From: Ignavibacteriota bacterium
GTDB taxonomy: Bacteria; Bacteroidota; Ignavibacteria; Palsa-1295
NCBI GenBank assembly: GCA_963736195.1
Contig: CAVTNP010000001.1
Coordinates: 1,638,016-1,702,015, forward strand
DNA length: 64,000 nt
Direction of reading: 5' to 3'
Shown: positions 49,909-60,138 of the stretch, in pieces
Numbering within the stretch: position 1 is the first letter of the stretch
Layout: every line of letters starts with the position of its first letter
The notes under the pieces: generated by a model
Seen by the model: only the letters and a program-made list of their open reading frames with translations
Told to the model about the DNA's origin: nothing
Databases searched by the model: none
Program-made: the position numbers and the translations under genes

Positions 49909-52785
49909 TTACATTTTGAATCGAATGCCGAGAATGTAGGTCCGGTCATAGAGCTCTTTCCGCACAAGAATGTCCGAGCCATTGGTCTGACCGTTTACTG
50001 GAACGTTATCATATTCTGACGTCAGATACGGCTGATGGATCGTCTCTTCGCGCGCAGTGTTGAGAATATTCTGCACTTTGACATAGAGGACGAGATTTCC
50101 GGTCAGACGCTGTTCTCCTGAGATATCAAGCTCGAGAAATCCGTTCGCCCAGACGTCGCTATTAAGATAATCAGAGACGCCGACGATGTCAGGGCCAGTA
50201 TAGACCGCACTAAGCTGTGCATCGGTGCCGTTTTCGAAATCGCGGTAGAGGAGGGACAGATTACCAATGTTTGCAGATTGCCCTTGCAGTGGGCGAGTTT
50301 GTTTTACTGTATCGATACGCTCATATTGACCTTTTGCATTCGGGGTCGTATCCTGCCATTCGAAGAGCTTGTTCGTTGTGATCGCCGAGTTCGTATAGGT
50401 ATAATTGCCGGAGATTCCGAAATTCGAGAAATATTTGCGGAAATCGAGCTCAACCCCAAAATTTGTTGCGTTCCCAAGGTTCTCGGGCTTATAAATGAGA
50501 TTGGAAGCGCCTGGCGGGAAGGTGATGGTGTATTCGATGGGATTCGTCAGTTGCTTATAAAATGCACCTACAAGCAACTGATCAAGTCCGCTTGGGAAAT
50601 ATTCCCAACGAAGATCGAAATTATTGGCCGTCGTTGCAAGAAGGTAGGGATTGGGAACCTCAAGGTAGTCGTCCCCTGGAACGCCTTGATTATACACATA
50701 TTCGTAAAAACTGGGGTAGCTCGTGGAGCGGAAATAAGATAGTCGCCAATTCTCGTCCTCCATGGGCGAATATTTGAAGCTCGCAGAAGGCAACAGGAAG
50801 AATGGAAGTCCGGGGTCGGTCCATGCACCATAACCAGTTACGCCGGAATCGGTTGCTGGTAGGTTGTTGAGCCACCCAAAGTGGGTCGCTTCGCCGCGTA
50901 GCCCGCCGATGAAAGAAAGTTTGTCAAGAGTGAACTTCCCTTGCACATACCATGCAAGCGTTGTATCTCCTGCCTGATAGTTTAGCGCCTGGACAGGAAC
51001 TTGAGTGCCTGAGGTTGCAGGACGGAGTTGAAAGGTATCAAGCGCGATATTTCCGTTATAGACCTGACCATTATCGATTGGGTCGAGATCAAACTCGTCA
51101 TAAGACGCCACTCGGGTTTTGAGCCGATACATACCGCCATACCCAAATTCCACTGGCAATCCGAGGATCGGCTCTGTGGACTTTAAATCTAAGTAAACAC
51201 TTTTATCCTGGTCCGTACTGTTGGTCCACTTGCGGGTATTGGTCCCATCGCCCCCCTGAACGATCTGAGGCGATACCACTGGATTTGCTCTGGTGGAGTC
51301 GAAATTAACGGTTTCTGAAAGTGATAACTCGGCCTGATCGGGCATAGTAAGTGTTGCTCGAGAATAAACAAGTTTCCAATCAACTTTTAGATCATTGCCG
51401 AGTATATCATGGGAGCCACTGAGCGTGAAGTTCATGATTCCCTGATCCTCATTCGTTGCTCGGATATCCTGCCCAACTGTATTCTGAAGAGGCCATTGTC
51501 CCTTATCGTGCGCCGTATCCCATACATCGCGGAGTTCCTCTCTCTGGAGGTTCGCATACATACCGAAGAGTTGAATGGTCGATGTTTCGCTGGCGCGATA
51601 ATCTGCATTCAACATCGCTCCGCTTCGAGTCTGTAGTGTGCTGTAAGTGCGAACCTGAAAATCCTGAAGATCAGGAAAATAGTCGGTCGGGAGTATGTGC
51701 CCTTGAGCATTCGTATTATAAGGAGGTTCAGACTCCACTGCTTCCCAGAAATTGGTGTTTGCGCCTCGATAGGTGTTTTGAAAACTACCTGCCACAATGA
51801 CCCCAAGGCTTTGATCGTCAAAAAATCGGTTCCCAGCCGTTGCGGAGAGAAATTCGCCGGGCACAAAATTGGCTGTTGTTGGCGACCAGGATCCCGAAGG
51901 GAATGTAGCAGCAGCTGCGATAGGACTCAGATTTGCAATGGAAGCACGCGGTGAAGTCGTCTGAGGATTTTCGGTGAAACCATAGAACGGCCTTCCGTCA
52001 GTGAACAGATCATCATAACCAGTTCCCGCTTGAACGGAAAATACTTCGTGATCGGGCGCTTGCTTCATCACCATGTTCATCGCGCCGCCAATAGCATCAC
52101 CTTCCATGGAAGGTGTCAGCGTCTTCTCTACCTCCACTCGATCGACAAGTTCAGCGGGGAAAATATCCAGCGGAACATAATTGTTTTTATTATCGGGACT
52201 TGGAATCTTGACTCCGTTAATCGTGGTGTAATTATAACGTTTATCCATTCCGCGAATGATGGCGTACTGCGCATCACCGGAACCGACGGTTCGAGAAGTA
52301 GATACACCCGAAAGACGCTGGGACACATCAGCAACATCCAGATCGGGCGAAAGCTCAATAGTTCGTGCCGAAACAGCGTTGATGACATTGTCGGCATTTC
52401 GCATCGCGACCGCCGCATTGGCTTCGCTGCCATTTTCTGTCTTTCCAGTTACTGTTACCTCTTTAGCATTGCGCTGGAGCGCAATGTCTAAGATCTGGTC
52501 TTCTTCGGACACAATAATATTGAGTACCGTATCGACGTATCCGACGTAGGTGATCTTCAGGCTATACTTGCCGGAATCCAGCTTCAATTTATAGCTGCCG
52601 TCGAATCCGGAGATTGCGCCCTTATGTTTGCCAACGACCGTGATCTTTGCTCCCGGCATTGGCTCGTTGCTTAGGGCATCGATGATTTTGCCCCTAATAG
52701 TTCCGGCTTTTGCCGTAGTTGCCGCTAAAGTCAAAGAAATTAAAAGGAATAGCAATGAATTGACGCGAAACTGCAAAAAAGTCAT
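49909..52785 (-). CDS. TonB-dependent outer-membrane receptor with N-terminal carboxypeptidase-regulatory-like domain
   Basis: GTIRGKIIDALSNEPMPGAKITVVG...YSLKITYVGY (CarbopepD_reg-like), a plug region and a long beta-barrel ending ..ILGIRFKM. Start set to ATG 52785 (MTFLQFRVNSLLFLLISLTLAA). Confidence 0.85.
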   Translation of the reverse strand: MTFLQFRVNSLLFLLISLTLAATTAKAGTIRGKIIDALSNEPMPGAKITVVGKHKGAISGFDGSYKLKLDSGKYSLKITYVGYVDTVLNIIVSEEDQILDIALQRNAKEVTVTGKTENGSEANAAVAMRNADNVINAVSARTIELSPDLDVADVSQRLSGVSTSRTVGSGDAQYAIIRGMDKRYNYTTINGVKIPSPDNKNNYVPLDIFPAELVDRVEVEKTLTPSMEGDAIGGAMNMVMKQAPDHEVFSVQAGTGYDDLFTDGRPFYGFTENPQTTSPRASIANLSPIAAAATFPSGSWSPTTANFVPGEFLSATAGNRFFDDQSLGVIVAGSFQNTYRGANTNFWEAVESEPPYNTNAQGHILPTDYFPDLQDFQVRTYSTLQTRSGAMLNADYRASETSTIQLFGMYANLQREELRDVWDTAHDKGQWPLQNTVGQDIRATNEDQGIMNFTLSGSHDILGNDLKVDWKLVYSRATLTMPDQAELSLSETVNFDSTRANPVVSPQIVQGGDGTNTRKWTNSTDQDKSVYLDLKSTEPILGLPVEFGYGGMYRLKTRVASYDEFDLDPIDNGQVYNGNIALDTFQLRPATSGTQVPVQALNYQAGDTTLAWYVQGKFTLDKLSFIGGLRGEATHFGWLNNLPATDSGVTGYGAWTDPGLPFFLLPSASFKYSPMEDENWRLSYFRSTSYPSFYEYVYNQGVPGDDYLEVPNPYLLATTANNFDLRWEYFPSGLDQLLVGAFYKQLTNPIEYTITFPPGASNLIYKPENLGNATNFGVELDFRKYFSNFGISGNYTYTNSAITTNKLFEWQDTTPNAKGQYERIDTVKQTRPLQGQSANIGNLSLLYRDFENGTDAQLSAVYTGPDIVGVSDYLNSDVWANGFLELDISGEQRLTGNLVLYVKVQNILNTAREETIHQPYLTSEYDNVPVNGQTNGSDILVRKELYDRTYILGIRFKM

Positions 52786-53423
52786 GAAGGGTGCATCCCC
52801 GGCGATGCGTAAAGAAATGGGTCTATTGAGTCCTGAAAATCGAAAAAGGTCAAGCCGGACGCACGCGCACTGCGCTCGTCGAGCATTCATGACAAAATTA
52901 TGTGAATGAGATTTTCGAATTATTACTGATTCGTCACTCTGCCATTAATAAATTGTTCCGTGTTTTTACATACACAAATCTGATCGGATGCGGTAATAGT
53001 ATTTTGCTGCTATTTTTTGTGAGATCGAAGGCAACACATCCAAGAGATGCTGCAGCTGCCAAAACCCGCGAGCGGAATTTCTGACCTATCAGAAAGAGGA
53101 CATCACCGCTCTGCAGCCACGTCAAAATATAAGCGTTGAGAAGAGATGCTGGTGCGTTTGAAAGCGCAATTGGCTTGGCATGCCAAAGGATCCTCAGCCT
53201 GCCGTAGAATCCTGGACCGCTGCCAGAATCCAGGTCATCCAAAGGCCAGATTTAAAGAACTCCGAACCAAGAGGATCAAGGCGTCGATGGTGGTACCGGC
53301 ACATTCGCCAAGCCGGTAATCTTGTTCTACAAATCCCAGTATCAGCAGCGGTGAGAAAAGGAAATGGAATTAAAATGGCAATTCACTACTCAACGGGCTA
53401 CATGCCCTAATGGCCCAGAACGC

Positions 53424-53445
53424 AAAAACAGCCCATGTTGGGCTG
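53424..53445 (-). terminator. intrinsic terminator after tRNA-Ser
   Basis: On the minus strand, CAGCCCA-ACA-TGGGCTG is followed by TTTTT. Confidence 0.7.
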
Positions 53446-53458
53446 TCTTGGTGGTTTG

Positions 53459-53546
53459 CGGAGAGGGAGAGATTCGAACTCTCGGTACGCTATTAACGCA
53501 CAGCCGCTTTCCAGGCGACCCAGATAAACCACTCCTGCACCTCTCC
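53459..53546 (-). tRNA. tRNA-Ser (anticodon GGA)
   Basis: 88-nt type II tRNA on the minus strand. Acceptor GGAGAGG/CCTCTCC, anticodon stem-loop GTCGC-CTGGAAA-GCGGC, long variable arm, T-arm GAGAG-TTCGAAT-CTCTC. CCA is not encoded. Confidence 0.9.
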
Positions 53547-53780
53547 AAATGATATGATTATTCCGCTTTTCAGGATGGCGAGGTAGCGAAACAGGGCAGG
53601 GCGGATTCTTGTGCCATCTCAAACAAGAATTCTTCAGAATGAACTGAACTTCGCCCGTTTTTGTGTAGTAAAAGGTAGGATTGTGGGAAATAGACCATCC
53701 ACGACCACCCCGCTTAGTCTTTCCAGCGTTGCCCCGCGTTTGGAGTTCGAGCGGCTAAGCCACTAACTACATCGCCTTCG

Positions 53781-56700
53781 ATGCTCTGGCCGCGCCTTAT
53801 GCGCAAGATGAATCGCCTACGATGCGTAGGGTTTGCCATTGCGATTAGCTTTTTGCTATTCGCACTTTCCGTTCGCGCTCATGTCACGACGGGGGTGCAT
53901 GTTCGGGAGCTAAAGCGCTCGGGGAACACTGTTACGATCGAGGTCACGCTTCCAGCAATTCGGTTTGACACGCTACAAAAGTCCGTGCACCTTCGCAGGA
54001 TCTCCAGACAGATCAATAGTGGTGACGCCCTCGCCTCGATCGCACTTCCCCTTCGAGTCTCCCGCCGTGCGACCGTTAGCATAGTTTCGCATGATGACGC
54101 AACAGTTTCAGCAAATAAACTTGATCTCAGCAACATACTTGCGAAAAATATCGCGAGTGATGGCAAACATGGAGTAATTTCTCGATCGCTGAAATCCGTG
54201 TCTCCGATGCACCACGGCATAGGATACGCGGCGCTCACTTATATGGGAACGATGCGGGCCGCCGATATTTCGCGACTTGAATTAGGAATTCTCGACCGGG
54301 CCGGGGCGTATTCAATTCGCGCGGTAAAGAAAATAATTCTGCAGATCACCGATCCGTCGGGGCTTTCCTCACAACCTGTTTCCGACGTAAGTGAGCCGTT
54401 CAAAGTCTCGAATGCGGTATTTAGGTCGCGGCTCGCTGCGGGCCATAGCCAAAGCAAAGGGATGCGAACGCTTTCGGTCGGCGATGCACAGCAGCTTCCT
54501 GGAATACAATCCGACGATGGGAATGTTTATCGCATGTATGTGCGGCAGAATGGGATCTATCATATCACATTCAGCGATCTTCAAGACTTCGGCATTGACC
54601 CCACGCAGATCGATCCGTCTACGCTCCGGATCATTAACAAGGGTCAGCAAGTGGCCGTGTATGTTTCAGATATTTACCAGGATGGCAAGTTCCACACCGA
54701 CGATTATTTCGAGTTCTTTGGCAGCGAAGAACTGTATGATGGTCCTGACACGCTCGGAGATTTTTATTATAACCCCGATACCAAGAACAATATCTATTAT
54801 TTAGTATGGGGAAGCCATTATTCGCCGATACCGCTAACAGGTGTAAAGCGCATGGTGGAAGAATCGGGTGAAATACGAACGGCAACTCGCTCACCGTATC
54901 CGGGTGGCGATAGCTCGTATGTCGATCTGAAGGATAGTTCTTTTGCAACCAAAATCCACTTCGAGCAAGATAATGTGCATGACCCGCTCGATGTTACCGA
55001 TATGGATCAGCGATCCGATCTGCGAGACCATGATTTCTTTGGAATTGTTGCGACGGGGGGAACCTATCCATCCACTTATACAACGCAAACGGTTATACCG
55101 TATCCGGATGTGCGTGCGAACCGGCCAGTCTCGTTTCGGGTTGCGCTGCATGGCATCGACGATTTCATTCAAGGGGCAACGGATGAAAAAGGCAATCCGC
55201 TTCCGTACGTCGATAGCGAGGAAGATGCGCTCATCTCGGTTAATCAGCAAGCCGTGCTGCACGGGATATGGAGCGGACAGAATCTTAAATTTTTATCGAC
55301 AGATACAGCGTCGCAGCTTGTATCTTATATTCCATCGGCCCAGTTGTTGGGGGTGAACCCGGCAGATACGAGCGGGGGACTTCCGCCGATCGCGATAACT
55401 GTAGCGCAGGAAAAACAGACTTCCCAGCCCAGTTGCCGATTTGCATTCAATTGGATCGAGATCGGTTACAACCGCAAGTACTATGCATATCAGGATACGA
55501 TCACGTTTCATGCGCCGCCGTATAGCACGGCCGGACTCTATCAATTCACGCTTCAAAATTTCGACCGAACGGATATTTCTATCTATCGAAAAGACGTTTC
55601 AAAGATCTCCAACGTAGTGTTCGTTTCGAATCCGAATCAAAGCCGTAGCACAAAAGCAATTTTTCAAGTTAACATTACAAGTGCCAGTGATGAATTTATC
55701 GCTGTTACCGATTCGAACAAACTCAAACCATATAAATACGAGAAGGATAATTTTGTCGGACTTAAATCGCCCTCGAATTCTGGCGCGTACCTAATCATCA
55801 CGAATCGGGACCATCTTCCAAAAGGAAATAATGGCGCGCATGTGCCGCTCCAGGATCTACAGAGCTATCGCGCAAGCACGAATCACGTTTCCACACAACT
55901 TATCGATGTAGCGAATATTTATGATGAATTCCATTACGGGATCCGGTCGGCGAACGCGATCAAATCCTTTTTGAGCTATGCGTATAACAATTGGCAAGAC
56001 CCACCGAAATATGTGCTGCTCATGGGCGTTACGCACCCAGGCACGGACGACACCGAGGAATATTTTCCGAACGATCAGGTCCCCGCGCCCTATATTCAAG
56101 CGTATCTGGAAGGCGATGTTGCCGCCGATCTGTGGTATGCCATGCTCGACAGCAATAACGATCTTGTTCCCGATCTTATTTTAGGACGTGTTGCTACCCC
56201 TGACATCAATGGCGATGCAGCCTATCTTGCGAAACTGCAACAATTCGAAGCCGACCCTGCAACGCCCGGCGATTGGAAAGATCGCGCGCTCTTTATCGGT
56301 GCCGGCGGTAGTTTCGATACCGATATTGATGGTATTCTACAAGGATCTCTTCCCGAACGGGTCAGCGTGCTTCGGCAATCGACGGTTCCCACCTCGCCGT
56401 ATCACGGCACGCAGCAAACCCTGTTCGACAATGTAAACGGCGGACTTGGACTCATGGCGTATTTCGGTCATGGCGGAGCATATATCTGGGACGATCCTAT
56501 TAACGACACCAGTGGTCCACCGTTTCTTGCCAATGCTCAGGTCTCGGGCTTCACAAATAATGCTCATTACCCACTGGTGATGAGTATGACGTGCTTTACA
56601 GCAACCTATGATCAATCAAGCCCAGGCATATTGAATAGTCTTCAAAACCTTGGAGGCGCCGGTTCGATCGGCGCGCTGGGAACCACCAGTTTCGGGTGGG

Positions 56701-59030
56701 AACAAAATGATGCGCGCTTGGCAGATGCGGTTGTACCGCGCGTGTATGACTCCATCGGTGGTTCTATTGCCGAGCGCGTTATCGACGCCAAGATGGATTT
56801 TCTCTCTCAATCGCTTCCCGGCGATCTTCTTCCACCTACGCTTGTGTATTGCTATCATTTTCTTGGTGATCCGCTGCTCTCGCCGAACTATCCCACTGAT
56901 CGAGCAAGTCTTTCGCTATCCAGCCGGGTCATTCAACCTTCTGGAAGCGTCCAACTCACAGGTACAAGCTCGATAAGGACGGGACTGGCTCGCGTTGAAC
57001 TTGCGAATAATTTCCTGAGTCCGCTTTCGCCGGTGCATATTGTGGATAACATCCCGGTCACCAACGGTGCGTTTTCACTGACGGATAATGTCCCGAATGT
57101 AACGATGCCATTTGGCACCTACCGCGCAATTGTTTATAACAAGTCCTCGAACCAGTTCGCAGCAACAGCGGAGGATGTAACCATCACTGCATCGCGGATC
57201 ACGGAGCTTGATTTCGAGCCGCATCCGCTGGCTGTCGGCGTTCCTTTGGATTTCAGCGCTGCTATCCAAACGCCGCAACCGATCACCAGTGTTACGGCGA
57301 ATATCACGGTCTATTCACAAAGTGCAACCGGAATCGTTACCACTGTTTCATTGCCGCCGATGTCGATGTCACCGATATCCGATCGGTATCATGTAGTAAT
57401 ACCATCGAGCACCTTCAGTGCGGGCAACAAGATCGTTGCTACCATATCACTCATTGCAGGCACGGATAACATCACTTCGGACTCGATCTACATTGTGGTT
57501 GGAGCGGCAAGCGATCCTTCTGTTGATATGGATAAATATCATCGCACACTAACCGGCAAATACGTTTCTGGCAAGAGTGGGCTTGCATGGAATGAGCTTG
57601 TCTATAATTGGGGGTCTTCGCCCGTGAGTTCGGCGATGGCTTCACTTTTGAATGTCCGTACTGGTGTGCCATTGCTACTCGGTAGTGCGCCAATTAGTGA
57701 GATCTCATCCCATGGTGATACCATAGTTAACATTCCCCTCACCATCACCTCGCTTGATTCAGCAACCTACGCTTTTGCTGTGAGTCCGGAAGCGGGGACC
57801 AGCCCACTCAATTTGCGGGATAGCGCAACATCGAACGATACTACCATTCCGCTTGCAATAGCTCCTGGTGCGGTTGCGTATCAGGCGGCGTTGGGAACAA
57901 CTCTGGATGGCGCGTCCACGGAACCCGCAGTATTTAATGGTGGTGAAGTTAGCCTTCAATTACAGCCGGGTGCGGAGGGGAATGTGAACGCCGATGTAAT
58001 TAGTCTTGCACGCATTTATACTGCCGCACAGACTGCACAGCCGGATATTCATTTTTTGCCGATGTACACCGATAAAGGGGTGCGTTATTCGAGCCTTCGA
58101 ATTGTGAGTGATTCACTTGGAGCAATGGCACTTACAACATCGAGGTTTGGCACCTCAACCCTAACGCTAAAACTGAATCTCAGCGATTCACTCATAAAGC
58201 TGCATACGAACGACAGCCTTTTCATCTACCGCCAGGACGATCGTACCAAACTTTGGACGATCCTTTCCACCAAACGATCGGCGCCGAACCAGTTGACTGC
58301 GGTTATTACCAATCTCGGAACATTTGCCATCGCATATAACTCGGACCGAGTTCCGCCGGTAGTGGATATAACGGTCGAAGGGCAAGTATTCATCAATAAT
58401 GGAGAAGTTCCACCGCAGCCGAAGATCGATGCTATTATTCAGGATGCCAACGGTATCGATATTACCCCCGGTAAGACCATCGTGAAGATCGACAATCGTG
58501 TGCTCCAGCCTTCCGAGTATGTGATGCTCGATTCGAGCCGAACGCAGACCACACTGAATCTTACCATGCAGCCCTCGCTTTCGAGCGGCACCCACGCGAT
58601 CACCATTCAGGCAACAGATAATAATGGCCGGACGAACTTGCCACCAAAAGAACTGGATGTTCATGTTGCTAACCAGTTCGGCGTCATCGTGCTTGGTTCG
58701 TTCCCAAATCCATTTACCGGCGTTCAAATGTTCATTGCATATCAGATCAGTGGCATTTCTTACGCGCAATCGGTGAGCCTCGATATTTACACCGTGAGCG
58801 GCCGCAGAATTCGGACAATGAGTTATCCATCGAACGATCCAACACGAACGTTTGGATTCCTACAAGGTGGTACGGGTACACCGACGAGCATTGGCTATCA
58901 CGAAGTATGGTGGAATGGCCTCGACGACGGAGGCGCGGAATGTGCCAACGGAGTTTATTTCTACAGACTGACGGTCAATACATCGACATCGACACAAGAA
59001 GTTAAAGGGAAATTTGCGCGTGTTAGGTAA
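53781..59030 (+). CDS. porU: PorU-like gingipain-family (C25) peptidase, 1749 aa (candidate T9SS C-terminal signal peptidase)
   Basis: C25 His and Cys contexts (MAYFGHGGAYIWDD and PLVMSMTCFTATYD). Signal peptide present. FlgD-Ig/CTD-like end (GYHEVWWNGLDDGG...GVYFYRLTV). Lies immediately upstream of porV, as in known T9SS loci. Confidence 0.75.
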   Translation: MLWPRLMRKMNRLRCVGFAIAISFLLFALSVRAHVTTGVHVRELKRSGNTVTIEVTLPAIRFDTLQKSVHLRRISRQINSGDALASIALPLRVSRRATVSIVSHDDATVSANKLDLSNILAKNIASDGKHGVISRSLKSVSPMHHGIGYAALTYMGTMRAADISRLELGILDRAGAYSIRAVKKIILQITDPSGLSSQPVSDVSEPFKVSNAVFRSRLAAGHSQSKGMRTLSVGDAQQLPGIQSDDGNVYRMYVRQNGIYHITFSDLQDFGIDPTQIDPSTLRIINKGQQVAVYVSDIYQDGKFHTDDYFEFFGSEELYDGPDTLGDFYYNPDTKNNIYYLVWGSHYSPIPLTGVKRMVEESGEIRTATRSPYPGGDSSYVDLKDSSFATKIHFEQDNVHDPLDVTDMDQRSDLRDHDFFGIVATGGTYPSTYTTQTVIPYPDVRANRPVSFRVALHGIDDFIQGATDEKGNPLPYVDSEEDALISVNQQAVLHGIWSGQNLKFLSTDTASQLVSYIPSAQLLGVNPADTSGGLPPIAITVAQEKQTSQPSCRFAFNWIEIGYNRKYYAYQDTITFHAPPYSTAGLYQFTLQNFDRTDISIYRKDVSKISNVVFVSNPNQSRSTKAIFQVNITSASDEFIAVTDSNKLKPYKYEKDNFVGLKSPSNSGAYLIITNRDHLPKGNNGAHVPLQDLQSYRASTNHVSTQLIDVANIYDEFHYGIRSANAIKSFLSYAYNNWQDPPKYVLLMGVTHPGTDDTEEYFPNDQVPAPYIQAYLEGDVAADLWYAMLDSNNDLVPDLILGRVATPDINGDAAYLAKLQQFEADPATPGDWKDRALFIGAGGSFDTDIDGILQGSLPERVSVLRQSTVPTSPYHGTQQTLFDNVNGGLGLMAYFGHGGAYIWDDPINDTSGPPFLANAQVSGFTNNAHYPLVMSMTCFTATYDQSSPGILNSLQNLGGAGSIGALGTTSFGWEQNDARLADAVVPRVYDSIGGSIAERVIDAKMDFLSQSLPGDLLPPTLVYCYHFLGDPLLSPNYPTDRASLSLSSRVIQPSGSVQLTGTSSIRTGLARVELANNFLSPLSPVHIVDNIPVTNGAFSLTDNVPNVTMPFGTYRAIVYNKSSNQFAATAEDVTITASRITELDFEPHPLAVGVPLDFSAAIQTPQPITSVTANITVYSQSATGIVTTVSLPPMSMSPISDRYHVVIPSSTFSAGNKIVATISLIAGTDNITSDSIYIVVGAASDPSVDMDKYHRTLTGKYVSGKSGLAWNELVYNWGSSPVSSAMASLLNVRTGVPLLLGSAPISEISSHGDTIVNIPLTITSLDSATYAFAVSPEAGTSPLNLRDSATSNDTTIPLAIAPGAVAYQAALGTTLDGASTEPAVFNGGEVSLQLQPGAEGNVNADVISLARIYTAAQTAQPDIHFLPMYTDKGVRYSSLRIVSDSLGAMALTTSRFGTSTLTLKLNLSDSLIKLHTNDSLFIYRQDDRTKLWTILSTKRSAPNQLTAVITNLGTFAIAYNSDRVPPVVDITVEGQVFINNGEVPPQPKIDAIIQDANGIDITPGKTIVKIDNRVLQPSEYVMLDSSRTQTTLNLTMQPSLSSGTHAITIQATDNNGRTNLPPKELDVHVANQFGVIVLGSFPNPFTGVQMFIAYQISGISYAQSVSLDIYTVSGRRIRTMSYPSNDPTRTFGFLQGGTGTPTSIGYHEVWWNGLDDGGAECANGVYFYRLTVNTSTSTQEVKGKFARVR

Positions 59031-60138
59031 CAGAACCAGGTGGTGTAGCCCGGGTTTCAACCCGTGCAAGGGGAGCGGGTTAAAACCCGGTCTAAGCCTG
59101 CTCGTGCTGATCCTTGTGTTTGCGAGTTCATCCAAAGTAGATGCTCAGGATTTATATGCTGGCGAGTTTCTACAAATCCCGGTCGGTTCACGAGCGCTGG
59201 GGATGGGCGGTGCATATACGGCGATCGCGAATGACGAATCAGCATTCCATTGGAATCCTGCCGGTGTGTCGCTCATACCCGATCAGCTTGTTGGATTTAT
59301 GTACTCTTCGGAATATGGTACACCCGGGAACTCGCTTGCCAATTTCTACCAGCTTGGTTTTACGTATCCGATGAAGGATATGACGCTGGCATTGAATTGG
59401 GTTAGGCTCTCGGTCGGCGATCTCGCGCAAACTCCGGATCTAACGAATATCAGTGTTACCGATGAACGCGCCCAATTGGTCGAGGAAATATACGACGGCG
59501 CGCCTAACTATTTCAGCGATAACGAGGACGCGGTAGTGCTTTCAATCGCGCGCGATAATAAATTTAACCTCGACTGGGGCTGGCTTTATTACAAAGAGCA
59601 GATCGAAGTGCCGATAGGAATTAATTTCAAGATCATTCATCAGGCCATTGGCACGTTCGGCACGGCGAATGCCATCGGAGTGGATGGGGGCGCGATGCTG
59701 CGATTTTCGCTCGGGGAATTTCTGCTCGATACGGCACTTGGGAACGTCTCGCTGGGCGTTTCTGTCACCGATATAGCAGGCACGCAGCTTGCCTGGAGCA
59801 CACAGCGGACGGAGATCATTCCGATGCAGATCAATGGTGGGTTTGCCTACTCGCAACCTATTCCAGCGATCCAGTCGGTAGCGACGTTTTCTTCGGATTA
59901 TTTGATGGATGAGCGGGCACAGCCACGCTTCGGTTTTGAAATGACCTACGATAAGCGCTTATCACTCCGTTTTGGCCTGGATCAAGGAGAGTTTACCACT
60001 GGCGCTGGCTATAACTGGGAGCACAAAATCGATGTGAACTATTCGCTTTCCATCAACAACGCGCTTGGGCCGGAGAACCGCTTGAGTTTTTCCGCCGATC
60101 TCGATAATCTCTTGAAAAAGGGGGCACCGGGTGAATAA
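59014..60138 (+). CDS. porV: PorV/PorQ-family T9SS outer-membrane beta-barrel protein
   Basis: Family N-terminal motif EFLQIPVGSRALGMGGAYTAIANDESAFHWNPAGV; about 370 aa. The start is uncertain: TTG 59014 or GTG 59020 overlap the porU end, and GTG 59104 is also in frame. Confidence 0.78.
   Translation: MRVLGNRTRWCSPGFNPCKGSGLKPGLSLLVLILVFASSSKVDAQDLYAGEFLQIPVGSRALGMGGAYTAIANDESAFHWNPAGVSLIPDQLVGFMYSSEYGTPGNSLANFYQLGFTYPMKDMTLALNWVRLSVGDLAQTPDLTNISVTDERAQLVEEIYDGAPNYFSDNEDAVVLSIARDNKFNLDWGWLYYKEQIEVPIGINFKIIHQAIGTFGTANAIGVDGGAMLRFSLGEFLLDTALGNVSLGVSVTDIAGTQLAWSTQRTEIIPMQINGGFAYSQPIPAIQSVATFSSDYLMDERAQPRFGFEMTYDKRLSLRFGLDQGEFTTGAGYNWEHKIDVNYSLSINNALGPENRLSFSADLDNLLKKGAPGE
59049..59090 (+). other. 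strong interrupted hairpin 20 nt after the porU stop
   Basis: CCGGGTTT-c-AACCCG (11-nt loop) CGGGTT-a-AAACCCGG. Fourteen base pairs, no following T run. Confidence 0.7.

Noticed and set aside
52934-53242. 102-aa ORF upstream of the receptor as a real regulator gene
   Set aside because: It has no signal, TM or recognisable motif, and it overlaps an equally weak ORF on the other strand. It cannot be supported without homology data.
52786-53423. Cobalamin or TPP riboswitch upstream of the TonB-dependent receptor
   Set aside because: I could not find the B12-box (GCCACTG core) or the ordered CTGAGA / ACCTGATCTGGATAATGCCAGCG elements of the THI element. Only loose fragments were present.
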